Below, in pieces: positions 19,155-28,707 of a stretch of 56,154 nucleotides of DNA (positions within the stretch are counted from its first letter, which is position 1; every line of letters begins with the position of its first letter). The notes below the pieces were generated by a model. The model searched no databases. It worked only from the letters and a program-made list of their open reading frames with translations, and was not told the DNA's origin. Position numbers and translations under genes: made by a program. This DNA is from a bacterium (lineage in GTDB: Bacteria; Krumholzibacteriota; Krumholzibacteriia; LZORAL124-64-63): positions 1-56,154 of the forward strand of contig WJIQ01000238.1 of NCBI GenBank assembly GCA_014730255.1. The letters are read 5' to 3'.

Positions 19155-22100
19155 GGGCCCAGCCGCTTGACCAGCCCGCCTCGCTGCCGGTCGACCGTGA
19201 ACCCGAGCCCGGCGAAGAACCCGCGCAGGCTGAAGTGCGTGCGCAGGACCTCGTGCCCGGCGTCGGCCAGGCGACGCGTGAAGTCGTCGAGGAGGTTGCG
19301 GGCCAGCCCGCGCCCCTGCAGCGATCGCGTGATCACCACGCCGTCGAGGTGGGGTTCGCCGGAGGCGTCCAGGCGCCAGACCACCCCACCGGCCAGCTGC
19401 TCGTCCGTGTCGACCACCACGAGGTGGTGGTCGACCTCGCTGAACTCCAGCGGGAAGTTCGCACGCAGGAACTGCCGGTAGAGGCGACCCATCTCGGCCG
19501 CATCGCGCGGTTCGCGCACGGTATAGACGACCCCCCGGTCATCCTGGATCTCGGACTGCAGGACGACGTGCTCACGGGCGCGGTCGCCGATGGGCTGGAC
19601 CGCGGGCCGCGAGGTGCCGGCCATCCGGGGGAAGGCCAGCCGCGCCAGCACCTCGCGCTGCTCGGTGCTCTCGAGGGCGTCCTGCAGGTCGCTCAGCTCG
19701 ACCGTGCGCATCGCTCGCAGCTCGGGGTGCCGGAAGAGCTTGGCCAGCAGCCGGTCGCACGCCTCGCGCGCCGCCTCCGGCGCCGAGGCGAGGAACGTGT
19801 CGCGGAACAGCGTGAGCACGCCCAGCTCGCCCTCGCGATCGAGCCGGTAGAGGCGGATCAGAGCCTCGATCTGATCGCCGCGCGCCCGCGCCGACGCGTC
19901 GGGATTCTCCGCGCGCCAGGTGTGAAAGCGCTCGGTCGCGCCCTCGACGGCGAGGTTCGGCACGTAGCGTTCGCGGAGCAGCTCGGCGTGGCGCCGCACC
20001 TCGACCGCGAGGTCGGGGGCGGCCTCGGGCAGCGGCTCGCGCTCGAGGGCGGCCGCGACGTCGTCCAGGAAGGCTGCGCCGTCGTGTTGCCCGAGCGCCT
20101 CGGACACCGCCTCGAGCAGCCAGCGATCCTCGAGCATCCCCTGCACGGCCGGGTAGTGGCGATCGGGCAGGCGCAGGAAGTTCTTCAGGAGCGGGCGCAC
20201 CAGGTCCAGCGGCCCGGTGCAGTCCCGCCAGCCGGCCAGGCTGATCATCAGGCGCCCGCGTTGCCAGTCGCGCTCGGGCACGCTGACGTTCGACGGGGTG
20301 ACCATGCCGGGCACGATCTTGCGGCCGGAATGCTTCCACGCGGTCAGGACCGTGGCCATGCCGGCGACCATCAGCCGCCGCCACCCGCCGCGCCCGAGCT
20401 CGGCGGCGTCGGCCGTCGTGGTCGCGTGACGACGGATGTGGTCCCAGACGGTCAGCCCGCTGGCGAAGGCCAGCGAGGCGGCGCCCAGGTCGCCACGCAG
20501 GGCGCCCAGACGCGGCAGGACCGGCGCCTCGGCCGGCCACGAGCGGATCGCGGCCACCAGGTTGAACGTGCGCGCGACCGCGGGGTCGTCGAGGTCGGTG
20601 CGTAGGATCACCAGGAGGTCGAAGTGCCGGCCCGTCTCGGTGTTGACGCTCACCCGGTAGCGCGAGGGGAAGGGCTGCGAGAAGGTACGACTGACCCAGA
20701 TGCCGCCCTGGGGAACGGTCGAGAGGTCGAGCCGCGCGTCGAACGCCACGGCGACCGACTCGGCCAGGAACGTCGTGTCCTCCAGGACGCGGCGCAGCGA
20801 GGCGATCTCCCCGTCGTCGAGGCCTTCCTGGAACACGAGCACGTCCGTCCAGTCGACGTCGCGCTGGGACTCGGCGAGGTGCTGCAGGTGCCAGTCGGTC
20901 AGCGCCCGCCGCATGGCGACGGCGTGGTCGGCGAGCTCGGGGTCACGGTCGAACAGCTGCCAGCAGATCAGCTCGCGCCGCACCGTGGCGACGTTCTCGG
21001 GGTGGTGGCGCGCGAAGTCCACGAGGAGCTGCAGCAGGTCGGCGAAGATGCGCCGGATCTCGGGCGTCGCCGGCCATTCGAGGTGGCGACGGTAGGCGTG
21101 AAGCCGGCGTCGGAAGCTCAGCAGGCGACGAGGCTCGCGCGCCCCGCCGGCGATGGCCGCGATGCTGTCCTCGCAGAGGAACGGACGCCCCGAGGTGACG
21201 AACGCCGGCAGGTAGCGGCCATAGTCGGGCTCGGGGTCGTCGAGCACGAGGATGCGGTAGGCCTCGCAGCGGATGGCCAGCTCGGGATGGCCGGCGAGCG
21301 CCTCGAGGCGGCGTCGCAGCAGCAGCGCCTCGCGCGGCGGCGCCTTGGGCAGGCGCGCCTCGATGGCCAGGACCGCCTCGCGCGCGGGCTCGAGGTCGCC
21401 GAACAGGGCCGTCTGCACCAGGTCGTCGATCTCGCCGAGCCGGTCGTCGCGGCGCGGCGGGCAGATCTGGCGACCGCTGGTCGCCTCGCGCGCCGGCAGC
21501 AGGACCTGCTCGTCGACGCCCACGAACCGCGCGTCCCATCCTCCGCGACAGGGCAGGAAGCTCTGCAGGCTGGGGTTGCCGACCCACAGCAGGGGCTGGC
21601 GCGCGAACTGGCCGAGGTCGAGGCCGCGCTCGTCCGCGAGCGGGCGGTACTCGAGGTCGCCCAGCCGGAGCCAGCCCGGCCGGCGTCCGTCGTCGATCTC
21701 GAGGCGGGCGCCGGTCCGGCGGTTCACGATCGCGTCGCCGTCGACGGCGAGCTCGTCCTCGAGCACGTTCAGGTCGCGCAGGACCCAGTCCGGGATCAGC
21801 AGCGTACGGTCGCGCCAGGTGAGCGTCGGGCGGCGATAGAGCTGCGCGAGCAGGTCGGAGAAGTTGGCCGCGATCTGCTTGCGTCGCAGCGATCCCTTGG
21901 GCGTCAGCTCGCCCTCGTCGGCGGAGAACTCGCGATCGAGGACCGCGAAGTTGACGACCCGTTCGTAGGCGGCGAGGTCGAGGTTGGCCTGGCTGACCAC
22001 GCGGTGGTAGTACGCGTCGCGCTCGGCGTCGCTGCGGCCGGCGATGACCGGGTCGTCCGGGTCGGGCACGATCAGGAGCACGTTGTAGGGGCGGCCGTCG

Positions 22101-23701
22101 CCGGCCAGGAAGGTGCTCTTGATGCCGGGTACGCCGGCGAACCGGGACTCGACCTTGCGCGGGGCGACGGTCTGGCCGCGGTTGTTCTTGTAGATGTCCT
22201 TGATGCGATCGACGATGCGCAGGTGCCCGTCGGGGAGGGTCTCGAAGAGGTCGCCGGTGCCGAGCCACTGGTCGTCGGCCGCCGGATCGCCGGTCGACAG
22301 GTCGCCGGGCTCGTCGTCGGGCGGCAGGTAGCGCGCGACGTACGGGCCGGCCACCTGCAGCTCGCCGTCCTCTCCGATGCGGACCGCGACGCCGGGCAGC
22401 GGCCGGCCGACCGAGTCCTCGCGGTACTCGCCGGGCGGGGTCATCGTCAACCCGCCGGTGCCCTCGGTCATGCCGAAGCCGCTGCACAGCTCGACGCCCT
22501 GGCCATGGAACCACCGGAAGGTGTCCGGCGCGAGCCAGCCCGCGGCGGACAGGCCCCAGCGCAGGCGGCCGCCGGTGACGTCGCTGAGCGCGGTGGCCGG
22601 GTCGGCCTCGGTCCGCTCGCGGATCTGCTGCCAGCGCAGGGGCACGGAGATCAGGCCCGTCGGGTGCAGGCGCTGCATGCCGCCGAACAGCGCGTCGGCC
22701 GACGGGTTGCCCGCCAGGGCGTAGGTTCCGCCCCAGTAGAGCATGCCCATCAGCTCGAGGTAGCGGCCGAAGGTGTGGTAGAGCGGCAGGAAGGCGACGA
22801 GCAGCTCGTCGCGGCCGACCGCCGGCAGCGCCGCCGCGCGGGCGAATCGCTTGCTCACCAGGTTGAAGGGCGTGAACGCGATCCCCTTGGGCCGGCCGGT
22901 CGACCCGCTGGTGAACAGCACGGTGCAGGTGTCGTCCAGGCCGAGGCGCGGGCGGATGGCGAGGCGGCGGCCGATCTCCTCGGCGGACAGGTCGGCCAGG
23001 TCGTGGGCCAGCAGGCGGACCCGCTCGTCGTCCGACGCGTGGCCGCTGAGCAGGTGGATCGTGAACGGCCGACCGACCCGATCGCGGATCTCCAGCGCCC
23101 GCTGCAGACGGTCCGGGGTGTCGACCACGAGGTCGGCGACGGCCAGGCGGTCGCAGATCCACGCCAGCGTGGCCGTGTCCTCCTGGATGTTCAGCGGCGC
23201 GACCGGGATGTCGTGGACCAGGCAGGCGAGGTCGACGATGATCCCGTCCAGCGTGTTGGCCGACAGCAGGGCGACCGGCGCGCGGGGGCGGTCCAGCGGC
23301 CCGGGTCCCAGGAGCCTGGCCGCCACGCCGCGGGCGCGCTGGGCGGTCTGCTGGTACGTCAGCGCCGGCTCGTCGGGGCGCCCGAGGTCGTGCAGGTAGG
23401 TGACCTCGCCGCGCGTGCGGACGCGCCAGTCGAGCAGCGCGGCGAGGCCGAAGTCGCTCCGCCGCAGGGCCCAGAACACGAGGTCGGCCCACGCATGGCG
23501 CGCCTCGCGATCGGGCAGCGAGATCAGGAACGCCGACTCGCCCGTGGTCTCGAGGAACCGCCGCCAGAGGTCGTCCGACCCCAGGTCGGACGCCCGGGCC
23601 GTCGAGGCCGCCGCCGCGAGCTGCGGCGCGAGCTCCGGATCGGGATCGGCGGCGTCGCGCCAGAGGTCGAGCAGGCGTGCGAGCTCCTGGTCGGGCCTCA
23701 T
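19151..23701 (-). CDS. 1516-aa multidomain protein: AMP-binding (long-chain acyl-CoA synthetase-like) + central region with kinase-like segment + C-terminal GNAT
   Basis: FTSGSTGRPKG, FLPLYHTFG, GFGMTE, TGDL, IVDRIKDI and ELTPKGSLRR; GNAT motif A VVITRSLQGRGLARNLL and GFFAGLGF. The ATG overlaps the hemG stop (ATGA). Confidence 0.88.
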   Translation of the reverse strand: MRPDQELARLLDLWRDAADPDPELAPQLAAAASTARASDLGSDDLWRRFLETTGESAFLISLPDREARHAWADLVFWALRRSDFGLAALLDWRVRTRGEVTYLHDLGRPDEPALTYQQTAQRARGVAARLLGPGPLDRPRAPVALLSANTLDGIIVDLACLVHDIPVAPLNIQEDTATLAWICDRLAVADLVVDTPDRLQRALEIRDRVGRPFTIHLLSGHASDDERVRLLAHDLADLSAEEIGRRLAIRPRLGLDDTCTVLFTSGSTGRPKGIAFTPFNLVSKRFARAAALPAVGRDELLVAFLPLYHTFGRYLELMGMLYWGGTYALAGNPSADALFGGMQRLHPTGLISVPLRWQQIRERTEADPATALSDVTGGRLRWGLSAAGWLAPDTFRWFHGQGVELCSGFGMTEGTGGLTMTPPGEYREDSVGRPLPGVAVRIGEDGELQVAGPYVARYLPPDDEPGDLSTGDPAADDQWLGTGDLFETLPDGHLRIVDRIKDIYKNNRGQTVAPRKVESRFAGVPGIKSTFLAGDGRPYNVLLIVPDPDDPVIAGRSDAERDAYYHRVVSQANLDLAAYERVVNFAVLDREFSADEGELTPKGSLRRKQIAANFSDLLAQLYRRPTLTWRDRTLLIPDWVLRDLNVLEDELAVDGDAIVNRRTGARLEIDDGRRPGWLRLGDLEYRPLADERGLDLGQFARQPLLWVGNPSLQSFLPCRGGWDARFVGVDEQVLLPAREATSGRQICPPRRDDRLGEIDDLVQTALFGDLEPAREAVLAIEARLPKAPPREALLLRRRLEALAGHPELAIRCEAYRILVLDDPEPDYGRYLPAFVTSGRPFLCEDSIAAIAGGAREPRRLLSFRRRLHAYRRHLEWPATPEIRRIFADLLQLLVDFARHHPENVATVRRELICWQLFDRDPELADHAVAMRRALTDWHLQHLAESQRDVDWTDVLVFQEGLDDGEIASLRRVLEDTTFLAESVAVAFDARLDLSTVPQGGIWVSRTFSQPFPSRYRVSVNTETGRHFDLLVILRTDLDDPAVARTFNLVAAIRSWPAEAPVLPRLGALRGDLGAASLAFASGLTVWDHIRRHATTTADAAELGRGGWRRLMVAGMATVLTAWKHSGRKIVPGMVTPSNVSVPERDWQRGRLMISLAGWRDCTGPLDLVRPLLKNFLRLPDRHYPAVQGMLEDRWLLEAVSEALGQHDGAAFLDDVAAALEREPLPEAAPDLAVEVRRHAELLRERYVPNLAVEGATERFHTWRAENPDASARARGDQIEALIRLYRLDREGELGVLTLFRDTFLASAPEAAREACDRLLAKLFRHPELRAMRTVELSDLQDALESTEQREVLARLAFPRMAGTSRPAVQPIGDRAREHVVLQSEIQDDRGVVYTVREPRDAAEMGRLYRQFLRANFPLEFSEVDHHLVVVDTDEQLAGGVVWRLDASGEPHLDGVVITRSLQGRGLARNLLDDFTRRLADAGHEVLRTHFSLRGFFAGLGFTVDRQRGGLVKRLGP

Positions 23702-25128
23702 GCCGCGGCCCTCGCGTGCAGGTGATCGCGCACGCGGTCGGCGACGCGCGAGGCGTCCTTCATGCAGGCGTTGACGGCGATCCCGTGGTAGCTGCTGCCG
23801 GCGAGCACCAGGCCGGGCGTGCGCGCGAGCGCGTCCTCGAGCCGGGCCAGGCGCGCGAGGTGGCCCACCTCGTACTCGGCGATGGCCTCGCGCCAGGGGA
23901 AGACCCACGAGCGGATCGGCTGGCCGCGCAGGCCGTAGAGGTGATCCAGCTCGGCGCACGTGCGCCGGACGACCTCCTCGTCGGGCAGGTCGAGCCAGGA
24001 CTCCTCCCCGCTCATGCAGCGCAAGAGGACCGTGCCCTCGGGCGCGCGCGCCTGCCAGATGCTGCTGGTCCAGAGCACGCCCAGCAGCGGTCGCTTCTCG
24101 GTGCTCGGGGTCAGCATGCCGAAGCCGTCGAGGGGGTGGACGACATCCTCGCGCCGGAAGGCCACCGCCGTGACCACGATCGGATTGTAGCGGATCCCCG
24201 CCAGCAGCTCGCGCACCTCCGCGTCGGGGTGGTAGTGGCAGGCGGCATGCGCGGGGGCGGAGTCGACGACCGCCGCGAACGGTCCGAGGCGCTGGTCCCC
24301 GGTGGTGATCCACCAGCCCTCGTCGCCCGGCTCCAGACGCTCGACCGCCCCGCCGGTGCGGACCTCGCCACGCAGGCCGTCCGCCAGCGCGCGCGGCAGC
24401 GTCTGCATGCCGCCGCGGAAGCTGGTGAGCACCCCGCTCGGTCCGCCGGTCTCGCCCTCGCGCGCCTTGCCCTCGCGACGACGCTGGCGGCCCAGGGCGA
24501 TCATCGCCCGGAACAGACCGCCGTGATCGTGCTCCAGCTCGACCATGCGCGGGAACGCCGCGGCCAGCGACACGCGCCGGCACTCGCCGCCGGTGATGCC
24601 GCGGACCATGGGATCGAGCATGGTGTCGGCGAACGCGCGGCCGAGCCGCCGCTGCCCGAATTCCCACACCGTCTCGTCGGTGTCCGGCGCCTCGGCCGCA
24701 CGGCCGAGGTCCGCCCGCCGGGGGACGAGGATCTCGCCGAGCATGCGCAGCTTGGCCGGCCAGGAGAAGAGGTCGCTGGCGAGGAACGCTCCCGGGGAGG
24801 TGGGAATCTCGCGCACCTTGCCCCGCACGTACAGGAAACGCCGGCGCGCGGCGTCGCTCGAGCGGATCAGCTGATCGCCGAGGCCGGCGGCGCGCGCGAG
24901 CTCGAGCGTGGCGGGTTCACTGTCGAGGAAACCGTTGGCGCCCTGTTCGACCCGGAACTCGCCGTCGACGGTGGTCCGGAGGTTGCCGCCCACCTCGGAC
25001 GCGGCCTCGAGGACCGTGACCTCGGGGACCGGAGCGGTGGGGTCGTCCGGGTTCTCCAGGCGCCAGGCGACCGCCAGGCCGGCCACCCCGCCGCCGATGA
25101 TCGCCACGCGCGGACCGACGTCAGGCAT
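23698..25128 (-). CDS. hemG: Protoporphyrinogen oxidase (FAD-dependent HemY/HemG type)
   Basis: IIGGGVAGL dinucleotide-binding motif, EQGANGF, SFRGGMQ, GFGML, AGSSYHGIAVNAC. Confidence 0.93.
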   Translation of the reverse strand: MPDVGPRVAIIGGGVAGLAVAWRLENPDDPTAPVPEVTVLEAASEVGGNLRTTVDGEFRVEQGANGFLDSEPATLELARAAGLGDQLIRSSDAARRRFLYVRGKVREIPTSPGAFLASDLFSWPAKLRMLGEILVPRRADLGRAAEAPDTDETVWEFGQRRLGRAFADTMLDPMVRGITGGECRRVSLAAAFPRMVELEHDHGGLFRAMIALGRQRRREGKAREGETGGPSGVLTSFRGGMQTLPRALADGLRGEVRTGGAVERLEPGDEGWWITTGDQRLGPFAAVVDSAPAHAACHYHPDAEVRELLAGIRYNPIVVTAVAFRREDVVHPLDGFGMLTPSTEKRPLLGVLWTSSIWQARAPEGTVLLRCMSGEESWLDLPDEEVVRRTCAELDHLYGLRGQPIRSWVFPWREAIAEYEVGHLARLARLEDALARTPGLVLAGSSYHGIAVNACMKDASRVADRVRDHLHARAAA

Positions 25129-26218
25129 GAGCCACCTCCCGCGACTCGACGAGTCCGAACGCCCGGAAGGCGAGGCGATCGGCGAGCGACTGCAGCCATC
25201 CGGGGTCGAGGTTCAGCGCCGGCGTCCGCTGGAACGTCTCCGCGCCCGCGGCACGCACCGCGGCGGCCAGCTCGTCGTCCAGCTCGTCCAGGGTCTCGAT
25301 GTGCTCGCAGTTGAAGCTCACCGGAACGACGGCGAGATGACGCACGCCGCTCGTGACGAGCTCGATGCAGGTCTCCTCGGTGGGAGGACCGATCCAGCGG
25401 ACCGGCCCCACCTTGCTCTGGAAGACGAGCCGCGGCTCGGCCCCGCCGGTCGCCAGCGAATCGACCGGCCACGTGTCGTCGAGGCCCCGCCGGAGCCGCG
25501 CGTGGACCGCGCGCACCGTCGCCCGGGTCTGCCGCACGTAGGCGTCGCCGCCGCGGTGGAACCGCTCGGGCAGGGAGTGGGCGGTGTAGACCAGCGCGCA
25601 GCGGGCGGGATCGCGGTCCGCCTCCCGCCAGGAGTCGATCACCGCCCGGCCATGGCGGGCGAGCAGATCGACGTAGCCGGTCAGGAGCGGCCACTCGCGC
25701 AGCACGTGGCGCGGCGGCGACCAGCCGACGGCCGCCAGCACGCGATCGAGCTCGCGGAGGCTCGAGCCGGTGGTCGCCACGCTGTACTGCGGGTACGTGG
25801 GCACGACGAGCAGCTGCCGGGCGCCGGCCGCGCGCAGCGTCTCGACGGCCTCCTCGCTGAAGGGATGCCAGTAGCGCATGGCCACCGCGGGGGTGACCTC
25901 GACGCCGCGCTCGCCGAGTCGCCGGGCGAGCTCGGCCGCCTGCTTCGCGGTCCAGTCGAGCTGGGGCGATCCGCCGCCGTGGCCGAGGCCGCGATACTTC
26001 GCGCGGACCTCGTCGACCCGCCGGGCGACGATCACCCGCCCCAGCGGTCCGGAGAGCCATCGCGGCAGCGGCAGCACCATCGGGTCGGCGAAGAGGTTGC
26101 GCAGGAACGGCGCCACCGATTCCTCGCGGTCGGGGCCACCGAGGCCGAGGAACACGAGGCCCGTCGGCGCGTCGGCCGCGAGCCGGGTGGCCGGCTGCAG
26201 GGGCGGTGCGAAGCGCAT
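25121..26218 (-). CDS. hemH: Ferrochelatase
   Basis: LGGPD, GGGSP, MRYWHPF, YPQYSVATTGS, AHSLP, FQSKVGP, EHIETLDELD; AGGAG SD before ATG at 26218. Confidence 0.95.
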   Translation of the reverse strand: MRFAPPLQPATRLAADAPTGLVFLGLGGPDREESVAPFLRNLFADPMVLPLPRWLSGPLGRVIVARRVDEVRAKYRGLGHGGGSPQLDWTAKQAAELARRLGERGVEVTPAVAMRYWHPFSEEAVETLRAAGARQLLVVPTYPQYSVATTGSSLRELDRVLAAVGWSPPRHVLREWPLLTGYVDLLARHGRAVIDSWREADRDPARCALVYTAHSLPERFHRGGDAYVRQTRATVRAVHARLRRGLDDTWPVDSLATGGAEPRLVFQSKVGPVRWIGPPTEETCIELVTSGVRHLAVVPVSFNCEHIETLDELDDELAAAVRAAGAETFQRTPALNLDPGWLQSLADRLAFRAFGLVESREVAHA

Positions 26219-26232
26219 GCGCGGGCTCCTTC

Positions 26233-27603
26233 CTAGACCGTCCGCGAGTAGCGAGGCCGGTCGTCCTCGGGATCGTCGAGGTAGGCGTCGAATTCCATGG
26301 CGACGTTGCGCAGGAAGAACCGGCCGAGGTCGGTCACGTGCAGGCCGGCCTGGTCGAGCGTGATGAGCCCCTCGCCCGCCAGCGGCTCCAGACGCGCCTC
26401 GATGCCCCCGATCAGCTCGGGCACCGTCGCGCCCCAGGACTCGCGGGTGACCTCCCAGGGCAGCTCCAGGTTGCACATCAGGTGCAGGATCACCGAGCGC
26501 CGCATGCGGTCCTCCGCGGACAGCTCCAGGCCGCGGACCACGGGCAGCTCGCCGCGGGCGACGGTCTGCTCGTACGGGTCCACCAGGGGCGTGTTCTGGG
26601 CGAACCGGTCGCAGACGTCGCCGATGGCGCTGTTGCCGAAGGCGAGCATGTCCAGCGTCGGACGGGTGGAGTAGCCCATGAAGTTGCGGTGCAGCCGGCG
26701 CTCGGCCAGCGCGACCGCCAGCTCGTCCTCCGGACGGGCGAAGTGGTCCAGGCCGATCCAGACGTAGCCCGCCTCGGTGAGCGTCTCGACCGCCTGCTGG
26801 TAGAGCGCGAACCGCTCCGGCCCCGAGGGCAGGGCGGCCTCGTCGATGGCCGCCTGGTGCGGCTTGGCCCACGGCACGTGCGCGTAGCCGAAGACGGCCA
26901 GCCGGTCCGGATCCAGGTCGAGGACGCGCGCGAGCGAGTCGGCGAAGATCTCGGGCGTCTGGTGCGGCAGGCCGTAGACCAGGTCGAGGTTGACGCTCTC
27001 GAAGCCGGCGTCGCGCGAGGCGTCGACCCAGCGGCGAGTGACCTTCTCGGGCTGCCGGCGGCCGATCGCCTCCTGCACGGCCGGGTCGAAGTCCTGCACT
27101 CCCATGCTGATGCGATTGAAGCCCAGCTCGCGCAGCAGGTAGGGCTGCTCGCTCTTCGCCGCCCGGGGGTCGCATTCGAGGGAGAGTTCGCCGGTGAGCT
27201 CGAAGCGGTCGGCGAGCAGCTGCCAGGTGCGCCGGATCTGCGCGTCGGTCTGGTAGTTCGGCGTGCCGCCGCCCCAGTGCATCTGGCTGACCCGCCGCCG
27301 GCCGATGCGCGCGCAGACCAGGTCGAGCTCGCGCTCGAGGTGATCGAGGTAGCGGTCGACGTCGGACCGGCACTCGGGCACGGCGGCGTTGCAGCCGCAG
27401 TAGTGGCAGCGCCTGACGCAGTAAGGCAGGTGCACGTAGACGCTGGTCTCGCGGTCGGGCGCGGCGGCCAGCGCATCGAGCGCGGCCCGCCACTGGTCGG
27501 CACCGAAGTCGCTGGTCCAGGCCGGCACCGTCGGATAGCTGGTGTACCGGGGCCCGGGGCGGTCCAGACGCGTGAGCAGGTCGGGGGAGACGTCGACGCG
27601 CAA
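26233..27603 (-). CDS. hemN: Oxygen-independent coproporphyrinogen III oxidase (radical SAM)
   Basis: GPRYTSYP, CVRRCHYC, HWGGGTP, IGLDHFA, LHRNFMGY, FDAY; TTG start. Confidence 0.96.
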   Translation of the reverse strand: MRVDVSPDLLTRLDRPGPRYTSYPTVPAWTSDFGADQWRAALDALAAAPDRETSVYVHLPYCVRRCHYCGCNAAVPECRSDVDRYLDHLERELDLVCARIGRRRVSQMHWGGGTPNYQTDAQIRRTWQLLADRFELTGELSLECDPRAAKSEQPYLLRELGFNRISMGVQDFDPAVQEAIGRRQPEKVTRRWVDASRDAGFESVNLDLVYGLPHQTPEIFADSLARVLDLDPDRLAVFGYAHVPWAKPHQAAIDEAALPSGPERFALYQQAVETLTEAGYVWIGLDHFARPEDELAVALAERRLHRNFMGYSTRPTLDMLAFGNSAIGDVCDRFAQNTPLVDPYEQTVARGELPVVRGLELSAEDRMRRSVILHLMCNLELPWEVTRESWGATVPELIGGIEARLEPLAGEGLITLDQAGLHVTDLGRFFLRNVAMEFDAYLDDPEDDRPRYSRTV

Positions 27604-27604
27604 A

Positions 27605-28645
27605 TCAGTCCTCCGGCTGGTGGCGGTGCACGGTGTCGATCAGGAGGGCGAGCGCCTCGGGCGGCGTCTCGGTCAGGATGCCGTGGCCGAGGTTGAAGAC
27701 GTGGCCGGCCGCGCGGTCGCCGGACCGGCACACGGCCTCGGCCCGGCGCACGATCTCCGTCTCGCTGCCGTGCAGGACCACCGGGTCCAGGTTGCCCTGC
27801 AGGGGCGTCCGGGGCGCGCGCTCGGCGGCGTCGGCGAGGTCGCAGGTCCAGTCCAGCGACAGCGCGTCCGCGCCGGTCTCCAGCAACCAGGGCAGGTTGG
27901 TCAGACCACCCTTGCTGAACAGGATGCGGGGTACGCCCAGGGGGGCGAGCCGCGCCATGATCTTCGCGATGCCGGGCACGGCGAAGCGGCGGTAGTCGTC
28001 GGTGTGCAGGATGCCCGCCCAGCTGTCGAAGACCTGCACCGCCGAGCAGCCCGCCTCGACCTGCATCTCCAGGTGCCGTGCGACCTGCTCGGCCAGCTTG
28101 TCGAGCAGGGCGACGGCGACCTCGGGACGGCTGTAGATCAGGGCCTTGATGTGGCGGAAGTCCTTGCTGCCGCCGCCCTCGACCAGGTAGGAGGCGAGGG
28201 TCAGCGGGGCGCCGCCGAACCCGATCAGCGGGATCTCCGGCCTCTCGGAGGTGACCAGCCCGATCGCCTCGGCGACGAAGCCCAGTTCCTCGCGGGGCTC
28301 GACCAGCTCGAGCGCCTCGAACGCCCGCTCCTCGCGCAGGGGCGCGGTGAGCTTCGGGCCGCCCTGGGAGAAATCGAACTCCGCGCCCATGGGGCCGAGC
28401 GGGGTGAGGATGTCGCTGAAGATGATCCCCGCGTCGAGGTCGAAGCGGCGCAGGGGCTGCAGCGTGACCTCGGCCGCGAGCTCGGGCGTGGTGCACATCG
28501 TGTGGAACGAGGCGGTCTCGCGCACCTTCCGGTACTCCGGGAGGTATCGGCCCGCCTGCCGCATGACCCAGATCGGGCGACGGGAGGGGCGCCGGCCGGC
28601 GAGGACGGCGAGGAAGGGGGAGGATTCCGGGGTCGGCCGGGTCAT
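27605..28645 (-). CDS. hemE: Uroporphyrinogen decarboxylase
   Basis: PIWVMRQAGRYLPEY, IFSDIL, QVFDSW, QGNLDP, FNLGHGI; ATG at 28645. Confidence 0.96.
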   Translation of the reverse strand: MTRPTPESSPFLAVLAGRRPSRRPIWVMRQAGRYLPEYRKVRETASFHTMCTTPELAAEVTLQPLRRFDLDAGIIFSDILTPLGPMGAEFDFSQGGPKLTAPLREERAFEALELVEPREELGFVAEAIGLVTSERPEIPLIGFGGAPLTLASYLVEGGGSKDFRHIKALIYSRPEVAVALLDKLAEQVARHLEMQVEAGCSAVQVFDSWAGILHTDDYRRFAVPGIAKIMARLAPLGVPRILFSKGGLTNLPWLLETGADALSLDWTCDLADAAERAPRTPLQGNLDPVVLHGSETEIVRRAEAVCRSGDRAAGHVFNLGHGILTETPPEALALLIDTVHRHQPED

Positions 28646-28707
28646 CGTTGTATCCTTGCTCGGGGTGATGGAGTTGCGACCAAAGATAGCCTCTTTGGTG
28701 GCGCGAG

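Noticed and set aside
20624-23725. Long antisense ORFs (this one, 1735-4224, 28744-31503, 47483-50350, 50311-53511 and others)
   Set aside because: These are expected stop-poor mirror frames of real genes in high-GC DNA and show no recognisable motifs.
23702-24667. N-terminal extension making the giant ORF 1838 aa
   Set aside because: It overlaps hemG in another frame and is Arg/Pro-rich shadow sequence. The ATGA overlap at 23698-23701 marks the likely start.
26219-27493. 790-aa ferrochelatase with long N-terminus
   Set aside because: The extension is a shadow frame over hemN. SD and ATG lie at 26218.
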